Made by a program: the position numbers and the translations under genes. From assembly GCA_024626585.2 (NCBI GenBank), contig JANKJI020000004.1, positions 49,468,783-49,494,579 of the forward strand: 25,797 nucleotides of DNA. Direction: 5' to 3'. The notes beneath the pieces were generated by a model. That model did no database searches and was not told the DNA's origin. It saw nothing but the letters and a program-made list of their open reading frames with translations. Of the stretch, positions 1-12,229 are shown one piece after another. How positions within the stretch are numbered: the stretch's first letter is position 1; the number at the start of each line of letters is the position of its first letter. Origin of the DNA: Ginkgo biloba. Taxonomy: Eukaryota > Plantae > Ginkgophyta.

Positions 1-620
1 TAAGACTAAAAAATTCCATAATGATATGCATAGGACTCCTAAAATCATGAATCCACATTGCTAATCTATCAACCCTTTCAAAACATCAAGTCCTCACTCA
101 TCCAATATGGTTACACCATTTTAAACAATAAAAATATCAAATACCCAAATTGTTACTCTGCCTCCTACTAGAGGAATTTTGGGAAATTATAACTAGATAG
201 GTACTAGTATAAATAATCCATTTATGGGTTATCAAAACATCAGTTAATTTCTAACTCATATCCTACCATTTTATGTCTAATTTTTGTTTACTTACCCACA
301 TGGATTCATGAATCTTAGTAGTTCATCCATGTCGACATTGATTCATTACCCTAGGGTCCCATATAGGAATATTTTTCTCTAACATACTAATTCCTTTGGG
401 AATCCGATTAAATTCATATTTACACATAATAATCCTATCTCTAGAACTTTGAATTTCTTAGTAAACACTCAACATCAATCTATTAATTCTTCCTCCTCTA
501 TCAAGCATAAGGGATTTGTTCAACTAATAGTCTTGATCCATAAAATGTATACTAATTATAAAAATTACATTAGCTAAACCTATTCAACTATTCCTCTTTC
601 CTAATCCCCCTCCTGAACTT

Positions 621-1065
621 CCTAAAACTATTGGGGCACTAGGATTTGATCCCATATCATATGTCGATATATATGTAATCACATATGCCACATTTATGTT
701 ATATGGTGATATCATGTTAAATATATTCCTTAGGAAATTAAGTAATGAAGCTCTCAAGCGGTTCTCTTGGTTACCAAAATAATCAATCTCAACATTTTAA
801 CTAATGGTCAACTTGTTCATACAATATTTTGATGAAGCAAATCCCTATGATACTAGGCTAAAGAGTTTGATGGCCCTTAGATAGGACAATAATGAAATAA
901 AATTTTAATTCATGAGGAGATTATTCTCCCTTGTCCACTCATGTAAGACTCCCTTTTATAGGAGTTAGTTGTATAATCTTTTCATGAAAGCAATAAAGGT
1001 CTTTAAGATAGATCCCACTTCATATGAGGATGCTATCGATAAATGTATTACCTTAGAAGACTACA
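621..1065 (+). pseudogene. gag: Retrotransposon gag (capsid) remnant, element A
   Basis: Translates as DPISYVDIYVITYATFMLYGDIMLNIFLRKLSNEALKRFSWLPK*SISTF*LMVNLFIQYF...LMALR*DNNEIKF*FMRRL. This matches the Retrotrans_gag pattern DP..H...F...D..M.RLF..SL...A..WF..LP..SI.TF and L.Q...E....F..R, with several in-frame stops. Confidence 0.8.
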
Positions 1066-1384
1066 AAGTTTAGGATAGTGTGGAGATATTAAAATTTCCA
1101 CTAGTTATTCCTCTATCCATAAAAATAAAGATGCCACAAGTAATGGAGCTTTATATTTAAAACCCCCACATACCTAGGACCAACTACTTGATCCTATCAT
1201 GTTTACCATTAAGTAACTTGAAAGGACCATCATTAGTGAATATAAAACTAACTCACTTGTATATAAGCCTCTATCCAAAAAATCTACCTCCTATACGAAG
1301 AAAATGAAGACCATTCATATGGTAGAAAAGTAACCTAAGTTACTTATGAAAGAATCTACATCTACTTGAACAAGGAAGATCCCA

Positions 1385-1450
1385 TATGACCCTATTAAAT
1401 GGTGTGACTACCAAAAATATCTTGGTCATAAAAAATATTCCTTCTTCACT
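1385..1450 (+). pseudogene. Decayed gag Zn knuckle (nucleocapsid), element A
   Basis: YDPIKWCDYQKYLGHKKYS resembles the Tat/Ogre CxYHxxxGHxTxxC knuckle, and its position between gag core and protease fits. Confidence 0.65.
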
Positions 1451-2177
1451 CTCCCAAGAATTTAAATATGATTATTTAGTTCTAACACCCCAACTTATAA
1501 ATTAAATTACAACCAATAAATCTTGTAGGACCCTTTCCTTGACCATATGCTTAATAAAAAGGGGAAATTGAAAGTACACAAGAAGAAAACCAAGGAAATA
1601 CAAAATTATTATTCCTATTTAGAAGAAAAAGAATAAGAAGTCATCTTAAAAGATGACCCATTATAAATATTTCATAGATGGATCAAATATTCCCTTTGAC
1701 CTAGACTACAAGCCCTCATCTTCAAAATCCCTAGAGATAGATGGAAATTAAAAGGGGGATAAGATCATTATCTTAATTGAAACAATATTTTATCATCTTA
1801 AGAAAATTATGGGGACCAAATAGGTACAAAATTGAGAAGAGTTTGTACAATCCTCACATATTCTTGATCTTCCTTTAATTATTAAGCTCCCTATATCACT
1901 TCCTAAACCATCAATAGAGAGACATTTTACTTCATGACTAGTCAAAGTTAATTTTTTATCACCATTCCCTTAAACTACTCAATGGAATTATTACTAAATT
2001 ATTGATTAATTATATTTGATTTCTATGGGTATATCTATAATCAATGTCCTTAAAGGTTGTCTAAAACATAGAGATATTTTTTTAACTATGTTATCTATAT
2101 CAATTCCTGATCTCATATGTGATATCTTCACCTTCAATCGCATTGAAATGAAAAATTAAGAATAGTGAAGGGATAAT

Positions 2178-2490
2178 TTATCATCATTGACTTAAATTGG
2201 TAACTTTACTATCCAAAGGTGTATCATGGACTTAATATCTTTGATTATCATTATATCTATATTGGTATTCAAATAGTTAGGTCTTGGTGACATTTTCCCC
2301 ACAACTTAAGTTTTCCAAGGGTATGACAAGTCATGAAAAACTCCATTGGGACAAATATCCCTCCCTATCTTACTAAGAAAAAATACTATTACTATTGAAA
2401 TAATAGTCCTTAACTAGGAATTAGACTTTAATATTCTCTTGGGATGAACTTGTATCAATGAAATGGAAGTTGTTTTTTCCTCTTTATTTT
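2178..2490 (+). pseudogene. Retroviral-type aspartic protease remnant, element A
   Basis: IGNFTIQRCIMDLISLIII...LGL...VFQGYDKS*KTPLGQISLPI...LDFNILLG*TCINEMEVVFS matches the Tat/Ogre protease pattern R.L.DxGSS...L.GF....PLG.I.LP...YNILLGRPWI..M.AV.S. Confidence 0.8.
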
Positions 2491-2602
2491 ATGGAAAATC
2501 TTNNNNNNNNNNNNNNNNNNNNNNNNNNNNNNNNNNNNNNNNNNNNNNNNNNNNNNNNNNNNNNNNNNNNNNNNNNNNNNNNNNNNNNNNNNNNNNNNNN
2601 NN

Positions 2603-2885
2603 CATTATTAGGACTTAATAAGGGGATGACTTGATTATCACTAGCCTATTTTTATGCCATAGAACTAATACATCATTGAATATTCTATAATCATCAACTC
2701 CCTTATGAATTCCCATATATATACTCACTCCTACTAGTCAATTAGTTGAATTATCTTTGATAATTCCTTCATAGAGAATTAATAAGTTATGCATCCACAT
2801 ATAGATCTTTGATGGATGAATTTCAATCCATAAAATGCATACCTAGAGAGATCAACATAGAATCTAACTATTTGTTGAACCTAAT
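2603..2885 (+). pseudogene. C-terminal half of additional (archaeal-type) RNase H, element A
   Basis: LLGL...IFYNHQL (decayed I.GDSQL) and LMDEFQSIKCIPREINIESNYLLNL (decayed F...HIPRE.N..AD.LA). The N-terminal half would fall in the 2503-2602 gap. Confidence 0.55.
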
Positions 2886-3299
2886 TCTTTAGTGTTTCTT
2901 GAGATCCTAATAATAATAGTGACTAGAATTCAAAAAATACTATTAATTCATAATATCATTCTACCTCAATGATTTTGTCTTGATTGGGGGACAAAACATA
3001 ATAAAAATTGGATGTTTCTAGATCATTTAATGCAATGAGAGATCTCTTGCGACTCTCAAGATAACATCAATGAGTAGAAAAAAAAAAAAAAAATAATAAT
3101 CACACATTTTAGTTACCATCATATAATTTATTATCCATAATTAATAAAATGATCTTCTTGACTCTATTTTTGTGTATGTCTCTATCATCCTTTCCATCTC
3201 TTGACAAGGATTTTCAAGCCTCCCAATCCTTATTAACACTCAAATCCATCTAAATCTAACTTTACATATTTTTTTTCTAGTCAAATAGTATTGTTAAAT

Positions 3300-3826
3300 A
3301 AAAAATAGTCACACTAGATTAAGCCATGCTATTGAGCATCTATCCTCTGAAACTACATGAAAATTAATGATGGGCATAAAATTTGGCTAAAAAAGAACTA
3401 GGTAGGTAGTCTCATTCCCAATAAATTTTGGGTTAGTCCTTACTACCTCAACCTATGCAATTTGATTGGATAGGATCCATGAGGTGTATTTTACTCCATT
3501 AGTTTGTACTTATCCTTAGACTTGACTTGGCCCTATAAATAGGACCTGATTAAACCACTAAAGGGGAGGATTAAAGAGTAAGTTTATGCAGTCAAAGTAT
3601 TAAGCCCATTGTGTGCACTCTAGTTACTTCATCAATTATTACCATCTTCTTTTCACTCTCCTCTTTCATGCTCTATGCCTTTATTTCTTTTTTGAATCTC
3701 ATGCAATTCTAACATTAGAATCTCTGCTTTATCATAGGATGGAATCTTAACATACCCTACCATTCCAAAATTCATAGTTTATCACCTAATTTTCTATCTC
3801 ATGTAATGAGAATAAGCTTCAAGTTA
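3300..3826 (+). mobile_element. Possible LTR fragment with TATA box
   Basis: CCCTATAAATAGG at 3531-3543 followed by a pyrimidine-rich tract is typical of plant LTR promoter regions. No second copy and no TG...CA ends were identified. Confidence 0.25.
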
Positions 3827-5029
3827 NNNNNNNNNNNNNNNNNNNNNNNNAAGAGACGAGGCCAACAAAGTAGAGAAGAGCGGCTTGCCATTTCATATCT
3901 TCTTTATAGGTCATAATCTAATTTACTCCTTTTCTATTTTAAAACATGATTTAAAAATAAAATAAATATTATTAGGCATGATTTACTATGTTAATTAAAT
4001 CATCACAAAAAATTGGGTTAAAGAATTAATTTTGGATCAATTCTTTCATTCTTTCTTNNNNNNNNNNNNNNNNNNNNNNNNNNNNNNNNNNNNNNNNNNN
4101 NNNNNNNNNNNNNNNNNNNNNNNNNNNNNNNNNNNNNNNNNNNNNNNNNNNNNNNNNATATGGTTGAATGTATAAATCCTAAAGTGGCTCATATTTGTGT
4201 GGGATAATTCCATCCAATCATCATCACCATCTAACCTAAAACCTATGATCCTAAGTGAAGGAAATAACTATGATTTTTCTTTATGAATATTTGGTGATTT
4301 GAATATCAAGGGTAGTTTATCCTTATTATATATTTTTTCCTCCTAATAGAGATTAATTTCCTCTTATTTTGAAATACTGGTGCTTAATTATTTAAGCACA
4401 CTTGAGTNNNNNNNNNNNNNNNNNNNNNNNNNNNNNNNNNNNNNNNNNNNNNNNNNNNNNNNNNNNNGAGACTCATCCTCTATTGATTTCTTATTCTTGT
4501 TATTAATATAAAGTAACCCTATAAAGGTATAATATTATATATTATCAAATGTAATCCTCCTATTATAGGATCTTTAGGATTATCCTCACTAATGTTAGTA
4601 TTCATCCTATTTCATCTCAATTGAATCTAACCTAATTTACAAAGAATGATAATATCTATTTCACTCAACTATCATCTTCATATTAATAAGGAGAAATAAT
4701 TTAGTCAAGATAAATCTACCATAATAAATTCAAATTATGTTAGTACACTAACCACGATTATCTACTTTATGATTCCCTTTAGTAAAATATAATGAGTATT
4801 GAATATGATAAGAGTGAATGGGACATAAATATGTGATTTTTAAGAAAATATTAGATATTATATTTAGTGGAATAATATTAACTAGTGGAATTCCATCCAT
4901 AAAAAAATACTATAGTAAAGTCTCTCTTATAACTATTGATAGGATAAGTATCCTCAAAACTAAATTGGTATAAATCACTTTAGAGATATCAAGGAACCCT
5001 AATCCTGAATTTAGCTCTCTATTAATGTG

Positions 5030-6110
5030 CCATAGAGGTGGTTCTCAATGTTAGAACCTAATAATGATAAAATATTTTATTTATAAGGCACTTAATATAC
5101 AAGATTCATAATTCCTTAACATATTTTAAAATATTCTATATATCTAGGTAATTCTAATAGCTCTATATATTATAACAAAGAAAATTTATTTAATTTTCAC
5201 ACATGGGAATTTTTGTATATTATTGGTATTAGGGATTTAATGTGACAATTAAACCCCTATAATAAATAATTTTAATTTCACACTATAAAATATAATTCAA
5301 AATTATCATATGGTGTATGATTAAGAATCTAAAATAATACCTTATAATAAGAAGAAAATTGGACAAATAAAATGAATATTACAAAGACTCTTATAAATTT
5401 CACATAAGAATATAAAGAGGAATACATTATGATGAATTAATAGTGAATATAGAAATGTTAAGTATTCTTTAAATAAGTGAAATACAATCCATAATTAATT
5501 TTTTTAATTTATATTTATATAATCATACAACTGTTATTTTAACTTAGGATATTTATATATGTAATGAGTCCAAATGATATGCTTAGATTAGTTCAAACTT
5601 TTGACCTGAAGATATTTCATGATATAATATCAAATGATATACCATAGAGGTGGTTCCCAAGGTTAGAACCTAAGATTAGTATATTTTATTATTTATAGGT
5701 CACTCATGATATAAAATTCAAAATTACATAGCATCTTCTAAAAGATTTTACAACTATAAGTGATAGTAATTAATCTATATATTATAGAAAAAGGAAAACA
5801 AATTCTTCAATTTTTACATGTACAAACTTTTACATATGTATGTCATTGGAAATTCAATGTGTAAATTGAATCCTTATAATAAAAATTTGACATCCATAGT
5901 ATGAAATAGAATTAAAAATAAACACATGGTTTATGAATAAGAATCTAAAAGAAGATTCCATAATAAGAAAGGTTAGAGAGAAAAGAGGAGTGATCCATTG
6001 ATTAGAAATCTCTCATAAATTTAAGAGAAAAATTACAAAGAGAAATATATACGAGTTAAAATTCTATAGGAAAAATCTCTCTTAAATAGATGAAGTAAGT
6101 ACCAAAATTA
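5030..6110 (+). repeat. Diverged direct repeat, two copies (~5030-5500 and ~5642-6110), period ~612-620 bp
   Basis: Shared anchors: CCATAGAGGTGGTTC...GTTAGAACCTAA at 5030 and 5642; ctatatattata in both copies; GAATCTAAAA at 5325 and 5941; ctc(t)tataaattt/ctctcataaattt near 5387 and 6010. Confidence 0.85.
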
Positions 6111-7194
6111 TTCTATCATATTCTTAAAGATGACCATGAAATCCTCTATTTAATATAGGCTATCTATCCATGTAAGGATCCCTCTTTAGTTATGAATAGT
6201 GCATGTGAGTTCCACTTATGAGAAAACCTTATTTAAGTTAATAATCTTAAATATGTAGGATAAGATGAACTNNNNNNNNNNNNNNNNNNNNNNNNNNNNN
6301 NNNNNNNNNNNNNNNNNNNNNNNNNNNNNNNNNNNNNNNNNNNNNNNNNNNNNNNNNNNNNNNNNNNNNNNGAAAGAAAATAATTTAATGTATTTTATCA
6401 TAAGTTAAAAAAAAAAAAAAAAATAATTATGTATTTTTAGGAAAAGTATGTATGAGAGTGTAAATTACCTATAATAATAAAACTTCTTGAGTAAAAGAGT
6501 ATTAATGGGATTTCCATGGGGTTATACTTGTAAATGGAGAGGTTATAGGTACCTCAAGTAAAAAACTAACCAATAATCTAAGAATTGTGCTAAATAGGAT
6601 TGAATTGCTTAGATCATAAAATATATATCAGTTGGTCATAAGATAAAACTAATTGATATTAAATGGAGGATCATGGTTTCATATTATTATTATATAAGGA
6701 TTTAACTTGTTGTACTTGTATCTTAATATGTTATAGTGATATGAAAATTTTCTCATCAAAATATTTAATAAAACAACATGATTCAAGTTGAGGAAAGTTG
6801 GAAAATTATTGGACAATAATGTGCAAGGATGTGATTTTAGAATTAATGGGTAGGATAGATTATTTCATGTACACCTATAAAAAGGATAAACCCATATGGT
6901 GACTATAGATGTTGTATAGGCTTATAAGGTATTATAAATATTAAATTACCATTCATATATATCTTATATGAAGCTTAATTATAGTAGGATATTGATAACT
7001 AGGTTGATTACTTAAAACTAACTTTAGATTGAGGGTAGCATGTGGAAGTTATGGCATGATTTAGCCTAACCATTAGACAACCTCTTTAATTATGTCATTA
7101 ACAAAGTTAAAATAATGGAAATAAATAATTATCATTGAATGATAAATTGGAATGATATATGATTAAAAATAAAATTATATATCTATCATTTTTT

Positions 7195-7224
7195 AGGGAT
7201 GGGCATGCCCTTGCATCCCCTAGT
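7195..7224 (+). mobile_element. Helitron 3' terminus (hairpin plus CTAG|T)
   Basis: A perfect GC-rich palindrome GGGCATGCCC (7201-7210) lies 9 nt before CTAG (7220-7223), which is followed by T. An alternative stem GGGATG/CATCCC is also possible. This is the canonical Helitron end signature and stands out in AT-rich DNA. The 5' TC end was not located. Confidence 0.65.
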
Positions 7225-7969
7225 GAAGTAATCAATTACAATAATAAGTAATTTATATTGGTTGTAGGAGGGAGGATGGATCTCCATAAATTCAATATCC
7301 TACTTTGTTAGGGAAATATATATATCACTTGGTGGATAATAATAGGGATATTGTGATGCTTTTTAGAGAATATGTAGTAATTAGAATTATTTTGAATGAT
7401 ATAATAGTAATTAGAAAATATTATATTAAAAAATACTTATCTAAAATAATTTTTAAATTATTTATATGCTATAAATATGACTACCATATGCTCCCATTTG
7501 GTATTAACTTAATATATTCTCTATTTTGAGTATAAAATACAAAACTATAATATTTTTTATATGTTGAATTTGTATAGAATTATTTTAAGGTAATTTATCA
7601 TGGTAATTTTTATTATATGCAATGTCATTNNNNNNNNNNNNNNNNNNNNNNNNNNNNNNNNNNNNNNNNNNNNNNNNNNNNNNNNNNNNNNNNNNNNNNN
7701 NNNNNNNNNNNNNNNNNNNNNNNNNNNNNAAAATATTGGAGAAGAAATAACCCATATAAAATGGGGAATTTGGCCACTAGGGTTTTAAAGAAAAAAATAA
7801 ATGATAGCCAATCTAATAATCATTTAAATTTATTTATTTATTGAGTGAAATAGTAAATAACTTAATTAATTTTTTTAACCCACTAAAAATATGTTATTAA
7901 TAATAAAGTAAATAAATAATGGGGTACTCATTTTAAATGTTGATAAGGGACCACCAATGAGTTACTTAA

Positions 7970-10080
7970 TTATACTCATGCCTTCTTTAGCTTCAATAGA
8001 ATGAAATTGAAATTGGTTTTCAAGGGAAGGACCATCCATCAATTGATCTTGTCTAAGATATTAAAATTTTAAATTATTTACTTTGTTTATACTTAATCAT
8101 AACCATATTATTATTATTGAGTAGATAATATCGTAATGTTTTTATGGAATGGATCAAAGAAAGAATTTTTTTATTTTTTTAATAACTATGAGAGTACCTA
8201 GTTTTGTACACAATTATTGTATTGATAATATAATATATGAAATTTTTATATTAGGATTCATTCTCTTTCATTTAACTATTGTTATAATCATAGTTTTTGA
8301 AGTAAATATATAAAGGATAAGATATTCATAAGTCAAGAAGAATGAATATAAGAGTGAAAATAATATTTTTCTTGATATTAATAAATATAGTTTGTGCCTT
8401 TTCATCCTAGATGACAATAGTATTATTATATAAAATACGCATATCTATTTATATTTATTTTCATAACATTAGATAAAACACTCTATGGAATTGAATTTTC
8501 CTAAAATATATATAGTTAAAATATCATCCATGGGGTATTAATATCAAAGTGGCTCTAAATTTCCTTGGGTCAAGGGAAATCCCATAACAAGAAATAGTAA
8601 ATTATTTAACCTTAAGGGATTATCTAACAAGATGGGAAAAATTAATTTGGAAGTATTTAATTAATTTTTTTTTTTTTTTAATTATTTAAATTCAAATCAT
8701 AAGTGTTTGATATGGTCTTGGTAAATTTTATATTTTATTTATAGGTCATATAAAATGTCATTAACTATTCTAGAAATAGTTTTATGGAATTCTAGTTTCA
8801 CTACCTAGTGGAAAGTGGCCCTTGCATTTTAAAATTACAAAAGACATAATTTAATAATAAAAATATCCCATGGAGTGGTGAATGTAATTTTTCCCTTATC
8901 AAAATAATTAACAAGGACCTAAATATAGTAGGATAATCCATCCATCAAATAAGAGGATCTTATATATATACAATAAATTATCAATGTCACTAATTAAAAA
9001 TAAGGATACTTATATTTTGGGAACACTCAATTGAGGTCATAATAGAGTATGTATATATTAATAATCTTATTTTTTGCATGATTAGAACTATATTAGTCAT
9101 CCTTTTGTATAGTTTAGGAGGCATATGATTATGTGTCTAATAAGTTTTATAATTTATCCTTAAATATAAATTATAAATTTATTTCATGGATATTTAATTC
9201 TATCAAAGTGGCTTAATATCAAGATATTTTGATATTGTTCATGGTTACAAATAACCAATTCTATATATTTCTATGTGCAACCCTACAAATACTTCATGAT
9301 GTTCTTAGAATTAATTTTTTAAAAACAAATATTTATTATTGATCATAATATTTTTTTAATGGAAAGTGATGAAAATATTAATCACATAGGGTTTTCCATT
9401 TGATTCTTAGTGAACCACTAAGGTATTATAAATTATATATGAGGACATATGGTTATACCCTAATAGGATATAATTTTTATAAGGGATTATGAGAGGATAC
9501 ATCCTTAATTTTTTTGATAAAGTAAGATAACATACACACTTATCTTGCTATATTAAGTAAAATCCTATTATTTATATTATCTTTATATCTTTATATTAAT
9601 ATTTTCCTATAATGTTTAAATCGATAACAATGTATCCTTTATAGAAACCTTTTAAATTAATAAATCACATGTAATTAAAAGTGGAATATTAATTTTATTT
9701 ATAGATACTATTATGGTTATTTATTATAGTGGGATGTGAAAAATCTATATTATCATTTATTTAACCTTTAGTAAGAATAAAAATTGAGGAATAATTAAAT
9801 GAGTCTAAAACCAAATAATAATATGAAGGAATTATAGAGGAAAGTATTAAAAAATGTAAGGAGGTATTTCTACTTGGAGAATTCATATCCTTAATGATGG
9901 ATTACTATAATGGATATGAGAAACTTATTTGGATAATTAAAGGCTTACCCCTTTTTGATATAATCATATTAAAAATAGATGGAACCTTCATGCCCAAATA
10001 TCTTACATACCATGTATAAGGACTTACAAAAAATTCATAAAAATGATTTAACCAAGAATGAAAGATTACATGTAACTTAA
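7970..10080 (+). pseudogene. Possible highly decayed Helitron RepHel N-terminal coding remnant
   Basis: Weak motifs occur in the order expected for RepHel: SLASI...GP (~7983-8035), PSF..QL..ID (~8197-8227), HP-x10-FP (~8525-8565), QIFIID...MES (~9326-9367) and YKD...ITCN (~10015-10076). Each needs frameshifts and could be a chance match. Confidence 0.25.
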
Positions 10081-10622
10081 AGAAGTTTGATACTCCTAAG
10101 GATGGATAAATTATAACCTATAATTTAATTAAATTAAATAATTAAAATATAATATGAAAATGTAAATAATATATACTCAAAATTTTTGAGTTATTTTTTC
10201 ATTCATTCATGGAATATGTAAGGCTTGAGAGCCTTATAAATTATAATAACACTAAGAATTTTTTAAATTATCTATATAACTACCTATGAAAATAAATTAA
10301 AATAAATATTCATTATATTTTCTATAATATTTTGTTTAATATAAGGATTGGCATACACATGTCTCATAAAATCTTGCATGCATTATCTTCCATTACATTA
10401 TATAATCATTAAAATGAGAAGCACCAAAAGAGTTTTATTTTTCCTCCCATACAAGGTGATCAATTAATACACTAATCATGATTAATTACAAGAATAATTT
10501 TATATTAGGTAGGAATTTGANNNNNNNNNNNNNNNNNNNNNNNNNNNNNNNNNNNNNNNNNNNNNNNNNNNNNNNNNNNNNNNNNNNNNNNNNNNNNNNN
10601 NNNNNNNNNNNNNNNNNNNNGA

Positions 10623-10665
10623 GAGTAAACATCAAGGAGGGGTGTTAGAATAATGATGTTTACTC
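10623..10665. repeat. Perfect 12-bp inverted repeat with 19-nt spacer
   Basis: GAGTAAACATCA (10623-10634) and its reverse complement TGATGTTTACTC (10654-10665), immediately after an N gap. Confidence 0.8.
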
Positions 10666-11199
10666 ACCCTCAAAATTTAATTGTATCTCAAATGTTCCAT
10701 CTTGATATTAGAGATATTTTGGATGGTTTAAACTAGATGAGATTTTAAAATATTTATTCATTACTAAGTTATGTAATTTATAAATCTTGTTTCCTCTAAT
10801 GAAGAAGGTAAATGAAGTTGGCCATATTTCAAAGTGGTTTTTCCCATTTGGATTTTCCACTATAAACCATTATCTCATTATGTGATTGTCTCATTAAGTG
10901 AATCCTATTATTGTACAATTTTTATTATTATTATTGTTTAAATATTTACATTATTTAATTATGCTAAACATACATGTTTTATTTAATATTTGTACCTACA
11001 GATATGATTGAGATTAAAGATCATTTTATTATTCAAAATTTAACATGGTATCATAGCCTATGGTGAGAGATTAGTGATTGTATGAGGTCTATTTAATTAT
11101 TTATGTCTATACAATCAAGATATTATAATAATATAGTTTTAGAAAGTTTTCAAACCTTAGGTGACTTCACAATAGTGCCCAACTATTGTAGAGATAAAG

Positions 11200-11610
11200 A
11201 AAAATGTTTTTAAGCTATTGCACACAGTTGAAACCCCTATTTTTTTAAGAAAAATGACCAAAAAAATATGTTTCATATATAAAAAGGTTTATTTATTTGT
11301 ATACAACTAATAATAATGAAGGAAAATGGCTTGTAGAGATCACAATGTTGAGAACATGAGAAATTTATTCAAAACCCTCATTTTTTTTAAAAATGGCTTG
11401 TTGGATCATAATGGTGACTTGGGGTTGGGCGAGCTACATCATATCATAGTGGTTTTTTGGATTCTTATGGATATATTATACCATCCTATAGGCATCCATA
11501 AATCGATTATAGACTAAATGAGCCACAAACAAGTTGTGGGAGAATGCATAGGTCATAGGCCAAATGACTATTGATTTTTTTAATCCTTCATTTTCTTTTT
11601 TCTAATATTT
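11200..11610 (-). pseudogene. Integrase N-terminal (HHCC and start of core) remnant, element B
   Basis: With frameshifts: HS...VCGSFSL*SIYGCL*DGIIYP (cf. H...CGGHF....L.AG..WP), then PF.K(W)G near 11395-11375, then SHF..LLLVV (cf. GH.YILVA). Confidence 0.55.
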
Positions 11611-11644
11611 TAGAGAAATTTAATTATTTTTTATATTATTTTGA

Positions 11645-12000
11645 GTCTATTGTTAGTGAAAAGTTTATTTTTTTGGTCACATGTTGAAGTTCAATTTTGT
11701 GGTTTATGGTTTAAAATCAATATTTTTAGACCTAACCCACTTTTTATGTATCCCTCTTCACTGTTTTAACTATAATTTTTTTGAGAGGAGTCATATTTCN
11801 NNNNNNNNNNNNNNNNNNNNNNNNNNNNNNNNNNNNNNNNNNNNNNNNNNNNNNNNNNNNNNNNNNNNNNNNNNNNNNNNNNNNNNNNNNNNNNNNNNNC
11901 AATATGATAATGGGTGGATCTTTCCAAGAGGATCTTCCAAAATCATCCTAACACCAACCCCAAATTTAGATCTAGCACCATCAAACTTTATCATCCATAT
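11645..12000 (-). pseudogene. Additional (archaeal-type) RNase H remnant, element B
   Basis: WMIKFDGARSKFGVGVRMILEDPLG (ORF 11791..12033) matches the Tat W..YFDG.....G.G.G..L..P.G motif. After the gap, KIELQHVTKKIN matches the HV.R..N motif. Confidence 0.85.
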
Positions 12001-12229
12001 TCCCATTTCAATTTGGAAATGGTTAAAATCCATTCATTAGTTATAATGTTGTTAATATAGCATAGGTACCTATACCTGTCTCATCAAAACATATGTCATT
12101 TTTAGCTTGAGTGATTCTCTCAATATGGAGCATGTATATGAACTCTCTTTCAAATCGCACTAGCTCATTCCAATGTAAAATCATCATGAATGTTTTTTCC
12201 ATACTTATAAGAACTCCAAGAAAATTTTT

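Larger units (their letters stand above)
621..3075 (+). mobile_element. Decayed Ty3/gypsy LTR retrotransposon internal region, Tat clade (element A)
   Basis: Colinear + strand remnants of gag core, Zn knuckle, aspartic protease and the C-terminal half of an additional RNase H. These are followed by WMFLDHLMQ*EIS near 3010, which resembles the W...I..YL..G.LP lead-in to Tat integrases. Recognisable coding ends at a poly-A run near 3078. Boundaries are approximate and no LTR pair was identified. Confidence 0.8.

Noticed and set aside
3078-3093. Poly-A/T runs (also ~6407-6423 and ~8665-8679) as retroposed tails
   Set aside because: No target-site duplications or adjacent SINE/LINE 3' ends were recognised, and simple homopolymers are expected in AT-rich DNA.
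3851-3910. CpG-retaining segment with - strand CCTATAAA as a host promoter
   Set aside because: No associated gene was found. It is more likely another LTR fragment and is too short to support a call.
5030-6110. CRISPR array or satellite interpretation of the repeat
   Set aside because: There are only two long diverged units, no short repeat-spacer periodicity and no cas genes, and the context is eukaryotic.
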